DNA of 64,000 nucleotides from Deltaproteobacteria bacterium. GTDB taxonomy: Bacteria; Myxococcota; SpSt-1050. Each line of letters begins with the position of its first letter. The stretch's first letter is position 1. Under the pieces are notes generated by a model. The model was not told where the DNA came from. It worked only from the letters and a program-made list of their open reading frames with translations, and ran no database searches. The position numbers and the translations under genes are program-made. Shown piece by piece: positions 34,995 through 44,196 of the stretch. Where the stretch lies: NCBI GenBank assembly GCA_026416535.1, contig JAOAFA010000050.1:1904-65903 (forward strand), in the 5' to 3' direction.

Positions 34995-35983
34995 TAAAAA
35001 ACGTTATCCAATCAATACTAAACCATATCAACGGTCAAAAGTTATTGGTAATCGGAGATATAATTGCAGACGAATACATATTTGGTAATACATATAGGCT
35101 ATCTAGAGAAGCTCCAATCCCTATAATAAGATACAAATCTTCTGAAGTAAAACCAGGGGGTGCAGGTAATGTAGCTATGAACATTGCCTCACTGGGTGGG
35201 AAGGTATCCCTAGTAGGGGTTATAGGAATAGATTCCTATGGAACAGAACTTATTAAAATTTTTCAAAGCAACTCAGTATCAACCGATTTAATCCTTACAG
35301 CCAATATCCAGACTGTCATAAAAACAAGGGTCCTGGCTGGCGACATTAACACCGCTATGCAGCAGATATTCAGATTAGATAAAGGGATAAATAACGATTA
35401 CCCCCCAAACATTTACATGTCAATCAAAGAAAACATTTCAAAGGCTATAAACCTATTTGACACTATCGTGCTATCAGATTATGGAGAAGGTCTATTCACA
35501 AAGGATTTTATAAGATGGATTCTCAAGATTGCCTCTAGAAAAAAAGTAATCGTTGATTCAAGATTCAATTTTAAGAGCTTTAAAAACATAACAGCTCTAA
35601 CTCCAAACATCAATGAGATCTCCCAATTTTACGGTAGATTTGTCCAGACAGATAGAGAACTTGAGAAAGCGACCAAAAGACTTAAAAAACATACCAACGC
35701 TAAATATATATTACTTAAAAAAGGGAGAGAGGGAATTGCTATATTAGGAGACAACAATAAATATTTATCATACCCCGCCTTCGGAAATATAGAGGTTGCT
35801 GATGTGACAGGTGCTGGTGATACAGTATTAGCCGCATTCGCTCTTGCCCTATCCGCAGGGATTCAGAGTGAGAAAGCAGCCCAATTTGCAAACATAGCTG
35901 GTGGTATAAAGGTTCAAAAAAGGGGAACAGTACCAGTTAGTAGAGATGAAATTATTAGGGTCATTAATGGAAAAAAAATATAG
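34988..35983 (+). CDS. rfaE1: D-glycero-beta-D-manno-heptose-7-phosphate kinase (RfaE domain I, PfkB family)
   Basis: LVIGDIIADEYIFG and the PfkB signature DVTGAGDTVLAAFALAL. Directly followed by the domain-II gene. Confidence 0.85.
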   Translation: MVIKNVIQSILNHINGQKLLVIGDIIADEYIFGNTYRLSREAPIPIIRYKSSEVKPGGAGNVAMNIASLGGKVSLVGVIGIDSYGTELIKIFQSNSVSTDLILTANIQTVIKTRVLAGDINTAMQQIFRLDKGINNDYPPNIYMSIKENISKAINLFDTIVLSDYGEGLFTKDFIRWILKIASRKKVIVDSRFNFKSFKNITALTPNINEISQFYGRFVQTDRELEKATKRLKKHTNAKYILLKKGREGIAILGDNNKYLSYPAFGNIEVADVTGAGDTVLAAFALALSAGIQSEKAAQFANIAGGIKVQKRGTVPVSRDEIIRVINGKKI

Positions 35984-36440
35984 AGAAAGAGAAATTCTTT
36001 CTAAGATTGTTAGAAAGCTAAGGAAAAGCGGATTTAAAGTAGGACTAATAAACGGAGTTTTTGACCTACTTCACTCAGGTCACATCCAAATTATGATGGA
36101 GTCCAAAAAGTTTTGTGACATATTAATAGTAGCTCTTAATTCAGACAGTTCTACAAAGAAAATCAAGGGCAAAAGTAGACCCATTCTCAATCAAGATGAG
36201 AGAATAAAGATAATCTCAGCAATTGAATACGTTGACTATGTAACCATCTTTGATGAGAGGACAGCATCCAAAACCCTCAAAATAATAAAACCTACTTTCC
36301 ACATAAAAGGCGGAGAATACAAAAATATACAATTACCGGAAAAAAATCTGACCCAAAGACATGGTATCAAGACTATCCTCATTGGAGATAAAAAACTCAA
36401 TTCAACAACAGACATAATCCAGAAAATCAAAGAGTTATGA
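35946..36440 (+). CDS. rfaE2: D-glycero-beta-D-manno-heptose-1-phosphate adenylyltransferase (RfaE domain II, cytidylyltransferase fold)
   Basis: VGLINGVFDLLHSGHIQIM (the HxGH motif). ATG 35967 is an alternative start. Overlaps the rfaE1 end. Confidence 0.85.
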   Translation: MKLLGSLMEKKYREREILSKIVRKLRKSGFKVGLINGVFDLLHSGHIQIMMESKKFCDILIVALNSDSSTKKIKGKSRPILNQDERIKIISAIEYVDYVTIFDERTASKTLKIIKPTFHIKGGEYKNIQLPEKNLTQRHGIKTILIGDKKLNSTTDIIQKIKEL

Positions 36441-37174
36441 TCTCAGCCTTTGTTATTACTCACAATTCGGAGAAGTTTTTAAAAAGATGTCTCTCCTCCT
36501 TATCTTTTGTTGACGAAATTATAATTGTTGACTCAAACAGCACAGACAAAACTCTCGAGATTGCAAGAGAGATGGGAGCAAAGATTATTCAAAAGGAGTT
36601 CACCACCTTTTCAGAAAAAAAGGAATTCGCAAAAAACCAATGCAAAAATCAATGGATTTTGAACATTGATGCAGATGAGTATCTCCCATATGAAACTGCC
36701 AAAGAAATACAAGCCATTATAAAAGAAAATAAACACGATGCTTATCTTATCCCATTTAAGACCTATTTTGAGACCAAAGAGATAAGATATGGAAGACACA
36801 AGAATGAACTACACATTAGATTATTCAAGAAATTCCATAAATATGGGAGAGAATCAGTCCATGAAAAAATAATTAATGCCAAAAACATTGGTAGACTAAA
36901 TAACTTCATTATTCACACCCCTTATGAATGTTTAGGAGACATAAAGCTAAGGGCAAGTAGAAATGCTAAACTTGCATCTCAAGATAAAACCAAAATCAAC
37001 ATCTTTTTAATTATTGTCTTTGTTATTTTTAATCCCATCATAAGGTTTATAAAAGAATACATTATACTACTTGGCTTTTTAGATGGATATATAGGCCTTT
37101 ACTTGGCTTTTTACAGTGCCAAAGAGGTATATTTAAAATATCTATGGGGACTCAAAAAGAAGATCAAGCCCTAA
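36437..37174 (+). CDS. Family-2 glycosyltransferase (small LPS-core WaaE/KdtX-like type)
   Basis: ISAFVITHNSEKFLKRCLSSLSFVDEIIIVDSNSTDKT, the DxD-like NIDADEY, and a C-terminal hydrophobic FLDGYIGLYLAF tail. ATGA overlap with rfaE2. Confidence 0.8.
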   Translation: MISAFVITHNSEKFLKRCLSSLSFVDEIIIVDSNSTDKTLEIAREMGAKIIQKEFTTFSEKKEFAKNQCKNQWILNIDADEYLPYETAKEIQAIIKENKHDAYLIPFKTYFETKEIRYGRHKNELHIRLFKKFHKYGRESVHEKIINAKNIGRLNNFIIHTPYECLGDIKLRASRNAKLASQDKTKINIFLIIVFVIFNPIIRFIKEYIILLGFLDGYIGLYLAFYSAKEVYLKYLWGLKKKIKP

Positions 37175-37187
37175 AAAACACTGTCAA

Positions 37188-38465
37188 TCAAAAGTTTTTT
37201 ATATTTTTAATTGGTTCTATCATCCTGAATCTTATCTCATCTATCATTGCTGGCTTTGCAATTTTATCTTTGAATAATTCCTCAAGCAACATATTATAAG
37301 CCTTATAAATGGATTCACCACATGGTCTAACAACCACTGAATAATAAAGTGTCAACTCACCACCATTTAATTCAAAAGCTATCTTGTCAGCTCCCTTTAA
37401 CCATATTTCGGTAATCTTATTTGCCCTAAGATCCACAATACACAATAAGTCTATACTACCACGTCTTACATCTAAAAATCTTAGATAGATCCTCTCATCC
37501 TTAACCAATACCGGATAAAAAGGTAAATAACCTTTTAAGAATGGATATAAATATGTATTTGCACTCAGGCTTCCCTTATCAATCACGGAAATAGCAAGAA
37601 TATCGTTTGCATTATTCCTGCCCATTGAGACTAGTATTAGGGCAGCATTATTATATTCCTTTAGAAAAAAAGGTATAAGATCATAATTAGTTGAATATTC
37701 CACCCCATCAATTATACCTACCTGAGCCTTTCTCCCACCATCTTTATACAAAAACAACTTCATCGATTTCAACAATTGCCCTTTCTCTGAATCAACTCCA
37801 ACCTCTATGATAGAACCACTATAAAATACCCTATCTCCATCTGAGGTTGGTGCAATTGAAAAGGCGTATTTAGCACTATTGCCATTTTGGGTTATTACCC
37901 GATACTTTTCAGTAAAGTTATGATCGTATGTCGCAAAAAACATATCGTGTTCAATCATTATCTTGTTTTCAGATCTCTTAGAATCAGATAATTGAGAAAA
38001 AACTTGCCTTTCTCTATTCTCTATCCAACCACATACATAGATTTGATCTTCATAGACCTGAATATCTGCAATAGTCTCATAGTTCTCTGAACTCATCCTA
38101 AACTCATTTATTTTGGCACAATTATTAGAAATTTCCAAAATCAAGTTTTCTCTACCATCCCTGCGATTTTGCGAGGTAATGTAAACACTATTGCTATTTT
38201 TCTCTCTTATAAGAAAATTATAGAAAGAAAATGGATACTCAACCTCATTTATACACAACTGTCTACCGTTCCTATTAAAGTATCTTACCACAAGTTTTTC
38301 ATTCTTATCTTTATAATATCTACGAATATTAAAGGCAAAAAATCCATCTTGCAAAGACATTATCTGACCACTATGCTCAGTAAACGCACAAATTCTTTCA
38401 GACGAAACCATATATATACAAGAAAGAAAAAGAAAAGATGCTAAAAGAAAACCCAATACTTTCAT
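37188..38465 (-). CDS. Hypothetical lipoprotein
   Basis: Signal peptide with lipobox-like MKVLGFLLASFLFLSC. No recognisable domain. The track start is TTG 38477 and ATG 38465 is preferred. Confidence 0.6.
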   Translation of the reverse strand: MKVLGFLLASFLFLSCIYMVSSERICAFTEHSGQIMSLQDGFFAFNIRRYYKDKNEKLVVRYFNRNGRQLCINEVEYPFSFYNFLIREKNSNSVYITSQNRRDGRENLILEISNNCAKINEFRMSSENYETIADIQVYEDQIYVCGWIENRERQVFSQLSDSKRSENKIMIEHDMFFATYDHNFTEKYRVITQNGNSAKYAFSIAPTSDGDRVFYSGSIIEVGVDSEKGQLLKSMKLFLYKDGGRKAQVGIIDGVEYSTNYDLIPFFLKEYNNAALILVSMGRNNANDILAISVIDKGSLSANTYLYPFLKGYLPFYPVLVKDERIYLRFLDVRRGSIDLLCIVDLRANKITEIWLKGADKIAFELNGGELTLYYSVVVRPCGESIYKAYNMLLEELFKDKIAKPAMIDEIRFRMIEPIKNIKNF

Positions 38466-38479
38466 ATAATTATACAAAT

Positions 38480-39793
38480 TTATGCCATATAAATATTTTT
38501 GTATTTATGTCTAAATTTATCAGTCGCATTGCGGGTATCAATTAAAATACGAACATTTTTTGCTATGAACTCATAATCCAAATGTGAATGATCTGTAGTT
38601 ATAATAGCAGCATCTAAGGAATTCAAGAATCTCTTAGACAACTTACTCGACTTCATATTTATTTTATGTGCCCTAAGTTTTGGGAAAACAGGGAAAAAAT
38701 CATCATGATAAAAGACTTTAGCCCCCTTATCTTTAAGTATCTCTATTATTCTGATAGCAGGTGATTCTCTCATATCATCTATATCCTTCTTATATGCAAC
38801 TCCAAGTATGAGTATCTTACTACCATTAAGTGGCTTTTGATAGAAATTTAGGACCTCAGCAGTCTTTTCAACAACATAATATGGCATCGATGTATTAATC
38901 TCTCCTGATAGCTCAATAAACCGCGTCGCTACCTCAAATTCGCGAGCCTTCCATGTAAGGTAAAATGGATCAATGGGTATACAATGCCCTCCAAGTCCTG
39001 GACCAGGATAAAATGGTTGAAAACCAAAGGGCTTCGTAGATGCTGCTTTTATCACCTCCCATATATCTATACCCATCTTCTGACATACTATCTTTAATTC
39101 ATTAACAAGGGCAATATTGACTCCACGATAGGTATTTTCTAATATCTTGGTCATCTCTGCAACACGAGTGTCGGAAACAACCACAACTTTATGGAAACCG
39201 ATTTCGTATACCTTGGAAGCAACCAAAGTACAGTTTTTCGTATGACCTCCAACCACCTTTGGAATATCAGCCGTATGAAATGTTTTATTCCCCGGGTCTT
39301 CACGCTCAGGTGAAAATGCAACAAAGATCTCCTTCCCCACCTTATACCCCAATGTTTCAAGAGGAACCACAATCTCTTCTACAGTGGTTCCTGGATATGT
39401 AGTGCTCTCGAGAGAAATGCACATATCTTCATGAAGATACGGAATTATAGACTTGACCGTATTCCTAATAAAAGATATATCAGGTTCACGATTCTTATTA
39501 AGTGGCGTAGGGACACATATAGCAACATGATCGACCATCTTTATCTTCGAAAAATCATTTGTTGGGACGAATCTACCCTCATCCACATACTCTTTTATAC
39601 TAATATTCTGGAGATGCTTTATATAAATCTTCCCCTTTTTTAACAAATCAATCTTCTCTTTATCTATGTCAAATCCTATAACCCTGACTTTATTCTTCAG
39701 GAACACATTACAAAGCGGTAGCCCAACATACCCCAAGCCTATTACTCCAATAACAATCGATCTATTCTTTATCTTCTTTAAGATCTCTTTCAT
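38480..39793 (-). CDS. Nucleotide-sugar 6-dehydrogenase (UDP-N-acetyl-hexosamine dehydrogenase type, WecC/WbpA-like)
   Basis: Rossmann IGVIGLGYVGLPL and catalytic-Cys motif GPGLGGHCIPIDPFYL. GGAGG SD. Confidence 0.9.
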   Translation of the reverse strand: MKEILKKIKNRSIVIGVIGLGYVGLPLCNVFLKNKVRVIGFDIDKEKIDLLKKGKIYIKHLQNISIKEYVDEGRFVPTNDFSKIKMVDHVAICVPTPLNKNREPDISFIRNTVKSIIPYLHEDMCISLESTTYPGTTVEEIVVPLETLGYKVGKEIFVAFSPEREDPGNKTFHTADIPKVVGGHTKNCTLVASKVYEIGFHKVVVVSDTRVAEMTKILENTYRGVNIALVNELKIVCQKMGIDIWEVIKAASTKPFGFQPFYPGPGLGGHCIPIDPFYLTWKAREFEVATRFIELSGEINTSMPYYVVEKTAEVLNFYQKPLNGSKILILGVAYKKDIDDMRESPAIRIIEILKDKGAKVFYHDDFFPVFPKLRAHKINMKSSKLSKRFLNSLDAAIITTDHSHLDYEFIAKNVRILIDTRNATDKFRHKYKNIYMA

Positions 39794-40105
39794 AGATTAA
39801 AACCTCCACTCAGGATGTTCAAAAACCTTAATCATATATTTGTTAATAATTCAATTAGAAACACTACAACCAAAATTTAAATTTAATATGACATTTAAAA
39901 TTTTATTTCCTATAAGTGTGTGATACATCTAAGATAAGATATTTTAAAAACACATCAAAGGATTCTCTTCATCGTTTTTTAGTTAGACCCCACCCACAAG
40001 ATACATACAATAGCTCCGCACCATAAACCACAGATTGTCAAAACTTTGAGAGATAGGTAGGAACCTCTACAAAGATATTCGAAGAATACTAATAGATATA
40101 TTCTA

Positions 40106-41239
40106 TTATGTAAACACCCCTGGTATTCTTGTTCCACAAAAAGAACAACATCCAGCTTTTATTTTATTCTCTCTAATGTAAAATCCAAGACGTTTTATAA
40201 GTAGTTTTCCACATTTGTGACAATATGTATTTTCGCCATCATTACCCGGGAGATTACCGGTATAGACATACTTTAAACCTTCTGAGATGGCTATCTCTCT
40301 CGCCCTTGTTAGAGTAGACACAGGAGTAGGAGGAAGATTCCTCATCTTATAAGTCGGATGAAAGCGGGTAAAGTGCACTGGGACATATTCACCCAAATTT
40401 TGTTTTATCCACTTAGACATCTCTCTAATCTCTTTATCTGAGTCATTTAATGTTGGAATTGTAAGGTGAACTATTTCTAAGTGCACACCCTGCTTTTTTA
40501 TAATTTCCATTGATCTCAACACAGGCTTCAACTCACCATTACATATATTCCTATAAAAATCATCGCTAAATGCCTTAAAATCAACCTTAATTGCCCCAAC
40601 AATTTTTGTAAGTTCAATTAAAGGCTTTTCATTAATAAAGGCATTAGTAATTACGACGCTTTTTATACCCCTTTTATTCCCTTCAATAGCTGTATCCCTC
40701 ATAAACTCATAGAAGACTACAGGTTCTGTATAGGTATAAGCTATCGTCTTGCAAGCCTTCTCTACAGCCATTTCTGCAATATCAGATGGTGTCGCCTTTA
40801 CATATGGCACCTGCTCCGGCCTGTATTGAGAAATTTCCCAATTTTGGCAAAATTTACATGCAATATTACACCCAGCGGTTGCAATTGAAAATGATTTCTC
40901 ACCAGGTAAATAATGAAATAGCGGTTTTTTCTCTATTGGATCTACGTTTATCGAACACGGTCGTGAATGAACAATAAGATAATATTTGCCTCCTTTATTC
41001 TCCCTTACTCCACAAAACCCTCTACCACCATTATTCACCTCACATTTTTGAGGACATATCAGGCACCTAACCTGACCATTTCCAATCCTTTCATAAAATG
41101 ACGCCTCATATAAATTCGGCTCAAAACTCTTTGCAAAGAGTTCATTACTAAATGTTGATTTCAACAGTTGACTACAAACAATTCCGCCGGAGAAAATTGT
41201 AGAATATTTCAAAAATTTTCTTCTATTTATTTTAAACAT
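40106..41239 (-). CDS. AmmeMemoRadiSam-system radical SAM enzyme with twin-arginine signal
   Basis: Family-typical N-terminal CxxC region RCLICPQKCEV...GFCGVR, radical-SAM motif ATAGCNIACKFCQNWEIS (CX3CX2C), and a C-terminal Cys cluster. Start set to ATG 41239 (MFKINRRKFLKYS..., consensus RRxFLK) with AGGAGGAAAGGA upstream. Confidence 0.85.
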   Translation of the reverse strand: MFKINRRKFLKYSTIFSGGIVCSQLLKSTFSNELFAKSFEPNLYEASFYERIGNGQVRCLICPQKCEVNNGGRGFCGVRENKGGKYYLIVHSRPCSINVDPIEKKPLFHYLPGEKSFSIATAGCNIACKFCQNWEISQYRPEQVPYVKATPSDIAEMAVEKACKTIAYTYTEPVVFYEFMRDTAIEGNKRGIKSVVITNAFINEKPLIELTKIVGAIKVDFKAFSDDFYRNICNGELKPVLRSMEIIKKQGVHLEIVHLTIPTLNDSDKEIREMSKWIKQNLGEYVPVHFTRFHPTYKMRNLPPTPVSTLTRAREIAISEGLKYVYTGNLPGNDGENTYCHKCGKLLIKRLGFYIRENKIKAGCCSFCGTRIPGVFT

Positions 41240-41258
41240 GTGATATCCTTTCCTCCTA

Positions 41259-42857
41259 ATGAGGTTCACCAGATATATATTTTACCTTCTTACTCTCCTA
41301 ATTTCAAGTCAATCTCTTATTTACTCACAACACATCGTAATTATTCACACATCAGACTTTCATGGTTCTTTCGAGTCAAGACCCACCAAAGAAATCAATG
41401 ACAGGTTGTCCGGTGGAATAGAGTTGATATCTGCTCATATTAAATATCTTAGAGAAAATTATCCTGACAATCTAATTCTATTGGATAGCGGAGACATGCT
41501 ACAAGGCTCTATAATATCTAATCTCTCAAAAGGCAAAGCAGTAATAGAGTTCTACAATTATTTAAATTATGATGCTGCAACTATAGGAAATCACGAATGG
41601 GATTTTGGTTATGACGAAATAACTAAAGACATTCAGGGCACATTAAAGAGAAGGATTCTGGGTGCTAATTTTCCTTTTGTCGCTGCAAATATATATTACA
41701 AAGAGAGTGGAAGGCATTTCAGTCTAACCAACCTAAAAAAGTACACCATTGTTGAAAGAAAGGGAGTGAAAATTGGAATAATAGGTATAACTACTACATC
41801 CACCCCCATAACTACACACCCAAACAACATAAAAGGATTATACTTTTCTGACCCTATCAAAGAAATAAAGGATCTACTACCAGAAATCAGAGAAAAAAAT
41901 GTAAACACTGTCATAATTTTATCTCACACCGGTGGCAAATGCAATACAAAGAACGAATGCTATGGTGAGATATTCGATATTGCAAGGCACTTCAATTCTG
42001 ATGAGATCTCAATAATTTTAGGTGGTCATAACCATATGCCTCTAGTCTCGACTTTAAATGGAATAAAGATTGTCCAGCCAGGGGCATACGGAAAATCATA
42101 TGGGAGAGTAGACCTGTTTTTCAATGAACAAAATGGTAAGCTAATTGCTGAAAAAACAAAGGTAACTTCGCCCGTATACTTCACGGAGACTATTTCTACA
42201 AACAATGAGATTATAAATATCAAACCAGACAAAGAGGTTACAAAAATACTCGCACCATACATAATCTCTGTGGAAAGAATAAAAAAGGACATCATATGCA
42301 CAGCCACAGAAGACATTGATATAATATCTGGTGATTCATTACCACTTGGTCAGATAATAACTGAGGCTATGCTTACATATCAAAGCATAAATGCTGATAT
42401 CGCCATATACAATACGGGAGGTATAAGATCAGGCATTAAAAAAGGAGTAGTAACCTATGGCAGAGTATATGAAATTATACCATTTGATAATACAATCGTC
42501 TCAATGAGACTAACAGGGTCTCAATTGAAAGACATTTTAGAGATGAGTGCCTCATCAGGCGAGATTGACGATTTACTTGGAATAAGTGGATTAACGGTAT
42601 ATGTAGATTACTCAAAAGGAGTTGGGGAAAGGATAGTAAAAATGGTAAGAAATGGCAAAGAGATTAAAAATAATGATAAATTTACAGTTCTAACAAACGA
42701 TTTTCTATATGCAGGCGGTGACGGATTTAACACATTCAAAAATGGCGAGGATATAATAGTGTCGCAAACATTGATAAGAGATTTATTTGAAAACTTTCTC
42801 AAAAAGAAAAAGACAATATCTCCCCCCAAGAGATCAAACTACATCATTAACAGATAG
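41259..42857 (+). CDS. Secreted bifunctional metallophosphatase/5'-nucleotidase (UshA-like)
   Basis: Signal peptide, IIHTSDFHG, DSGDMLQG, ATIGNHEWDFG, LSHTGG, LGGHNHMP, and a C-terminal 5'-nucleotidase substrate domain (YNTGGIRS...). Confidence 0.85.
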   Translation: MRFTRYIFYLLTLLISSQSLIYSQHIVIIHTSDFHGSFESRPTKEINDRLSGGIELISAHIKYLRENYPDNLILLDSGDMLQGSIISNLSKGKAVIEFYNYLNYDAATIGNHEWDFGYDEITKDIQGTLKRRILGANFPFVAANIYYKESGRHFSLTNLKKYTIVERKGVKIGIIGITTTSTPITTHPNNIKGLYFSDPIKEIKDLLPEIREKNVNTVIILSHTGGKCNTKNECYGEIFDIARHFNSDEISIILGGHNHMPLVSTLNGIKIVQPGAYGKSYGRVDLFFNEQNGKLIAEKTKVTSPVYFTETISTNNEIINIKPDKEVTKILAPYIISVERIKKDIICTATEDIDIISGDSLPLGQIITEAMLTYQSINADIAIYNTGGIRSGIKKGVVTYGRVYEIIPFDNTIVSMRLTGSQLKDILEMSASSGEIDDLLGISGLTVYVDYSKGVGERIVKMVRNGKEIKNNDKFTVLTNDFLYAGGDGFNTFKNGEDIIVSQTLIRDLFENFLKKKKTISPPKRSNYIINR

Positions 42858-42931
42858 AAAAGCGGCTATCAAGATTAACTACGTAATTGCTTTTGCATTG
42901 TTACAACTAAGGAGTAAAATATATTCTAAAC

Positions 42932-43420
42932 TTAATCTGTACAAACAGATTTAAACAGAAAAAATGAAAGTAAAATAAGCAAAACTACTATACCTATTAT
43001 CAAAATACTGAACTTTTCACTCTGACTTTTCTCAGAAGAAAAATCCTTCTTACTATTCCTATCAACAAATATCTTCTCTTTACTTTTTACTGCATCAACT
43101 GTTGTTTTATGCTGGTCGCCCACTTCCTCCTGCACTAGTCCTCTCTCCATTATCTTTCCTGAGGATATATTAAAAACATTCACCTTACCATCTTTTATAC
43201 CTGCTCCTCCCGATGCTTGAGACCTTTCTCTTGTACTTGGTGTTGTAATCCCCTCATTTACTTTGAGTCCCTCTGCGATATCTACCCCTCTCGATACCTC
43301 CTCTTCTATAGGGATATCCGCCTCAACACCTATCTGGTTATCTTCCTTCGAAAGGTCTCTTCCCAACTTCTTAATTATTCCAATAGAAGAAATATTTTTT
43401 TTCCCTTCATTTTCGGACAT
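42932..43420 (-). CDS. Hypothetical tail-anchored membrane protein (disordered charged N-region, single C-terminal TM)
   Basis: 162 aa with C-terminal FSILIIGIVVLLILLSFFLF. ATG lies 3 nt after the upstream stop. No family recognised. Confidence 0.5.
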   Translation of the reverse strand: MSENEGKKNISSIGIIKKLGRDLSKEDNQIGVEADIPIEEEVSRGVDIAEGLKVNEGITTPSTRERSQASGGAGIKDGKVNVFNISSGKIMERGLVQEEVGDQHKTTVDAVKSKEKIFVDRNSKKDFSSEKSQSEKFSILIIGIVVLLILLSFFLFKSVCTD

Positions 43421-43423
43421 TTT

Positions 43424-44176
43424 CTACTGGCAAACACACGCTATATAACCATCCTGTCCAGGAACACATGTACCACCTACAAGTTTACAACGAGCATCCA
43501 TTACACAATCTGCAATAGTTTTATTACCAAGAAAGTTTAGGCATCCATAACATACCCTTACATAAAAATTAAATACATTTGTTTTCACAGGAACCCCCCC
43601 CAGTGTCTCACCTTCTAAATAAAACTCAGCAATTAAATCCACATAAGTTGAGGGATCGGTTGGCCATTCAGGCATCTTAACTCCTTCTTCCAACTCAATT
43701 AACTTTTCTTTGGGTATAAGGGAAAACAACACGATAGCTACCCCTGGTGTTTTCTCATCTCCCGCAGAAGGAACAACAGTCTCAGATATCTCCATCGAAT
43801 ATGTGCTTTTGTATTTTGTTGTCGTAGTAGTATTCTTACTTGCAACTACACCTCTTAATTCTACCACTGCCTTTTTAACAACAACTGTATTAGCATCTGT
43901 CCTCATTGGGAGCTCATCCATTGCTCCAGGCTTTTTAGTCACATCCTTGGTATTTAACATCCTATTCTGGACCTGAACACCAGCTACATAACCATAGTTA
44001 TGAGCCGTAGTTATCAATGAGGCATCAGCTACACCCCATGCCCGAAATAGTTCTCCAGGCTTATATGTGCAATCATCTTCAGGGGGTCTAATACCAGAAA
44101 TCACAAGATAATAATCCTCCGGTCCGCAGGTCGTCACTATGCTCAACATGGCAAAAAGTAAAATATATTTTCTCAT
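43424..44176 (-). CDS. Hypothetical lipoprotein with Cys-rich C-terminus, last-but-one gene of the pil operon
   Basis: Signal and lipobox MRKYILLFAMLSIVTTC. C-terminal CYGCLNF...CVMDARCKLVGGTCVPGQDGYIACVC. GAGGAGG lies directly after the pilQ stop. The track start is TTG 44194. Confidence 0.6.
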   Translation of the reverse strand: MRKYILLFAMLSIVTTCGPEDYYLVISGIRPPEDDCTYKPGELFRAWGVADASLITTAHNYGYVAGVQVQNRMLNTKDVTKKPGAMDELPMRTDANTVVVKKAVVELRGVVASKNTTTTTKYKSTYSMEISETVVPSAGDEKTPGVAIVLFSLIPKEKLIELEEGVKMPEWPTDPSTYVDLIAEFYLEGETLGGVPVKTNVFNFYVRVCYGCLNFLGNKTIADCVMDARCKLVGGTCVPGQDGYIACVCQ

Positions 44177-44196
44177 AATCTCAATCCTCCTCAAAA

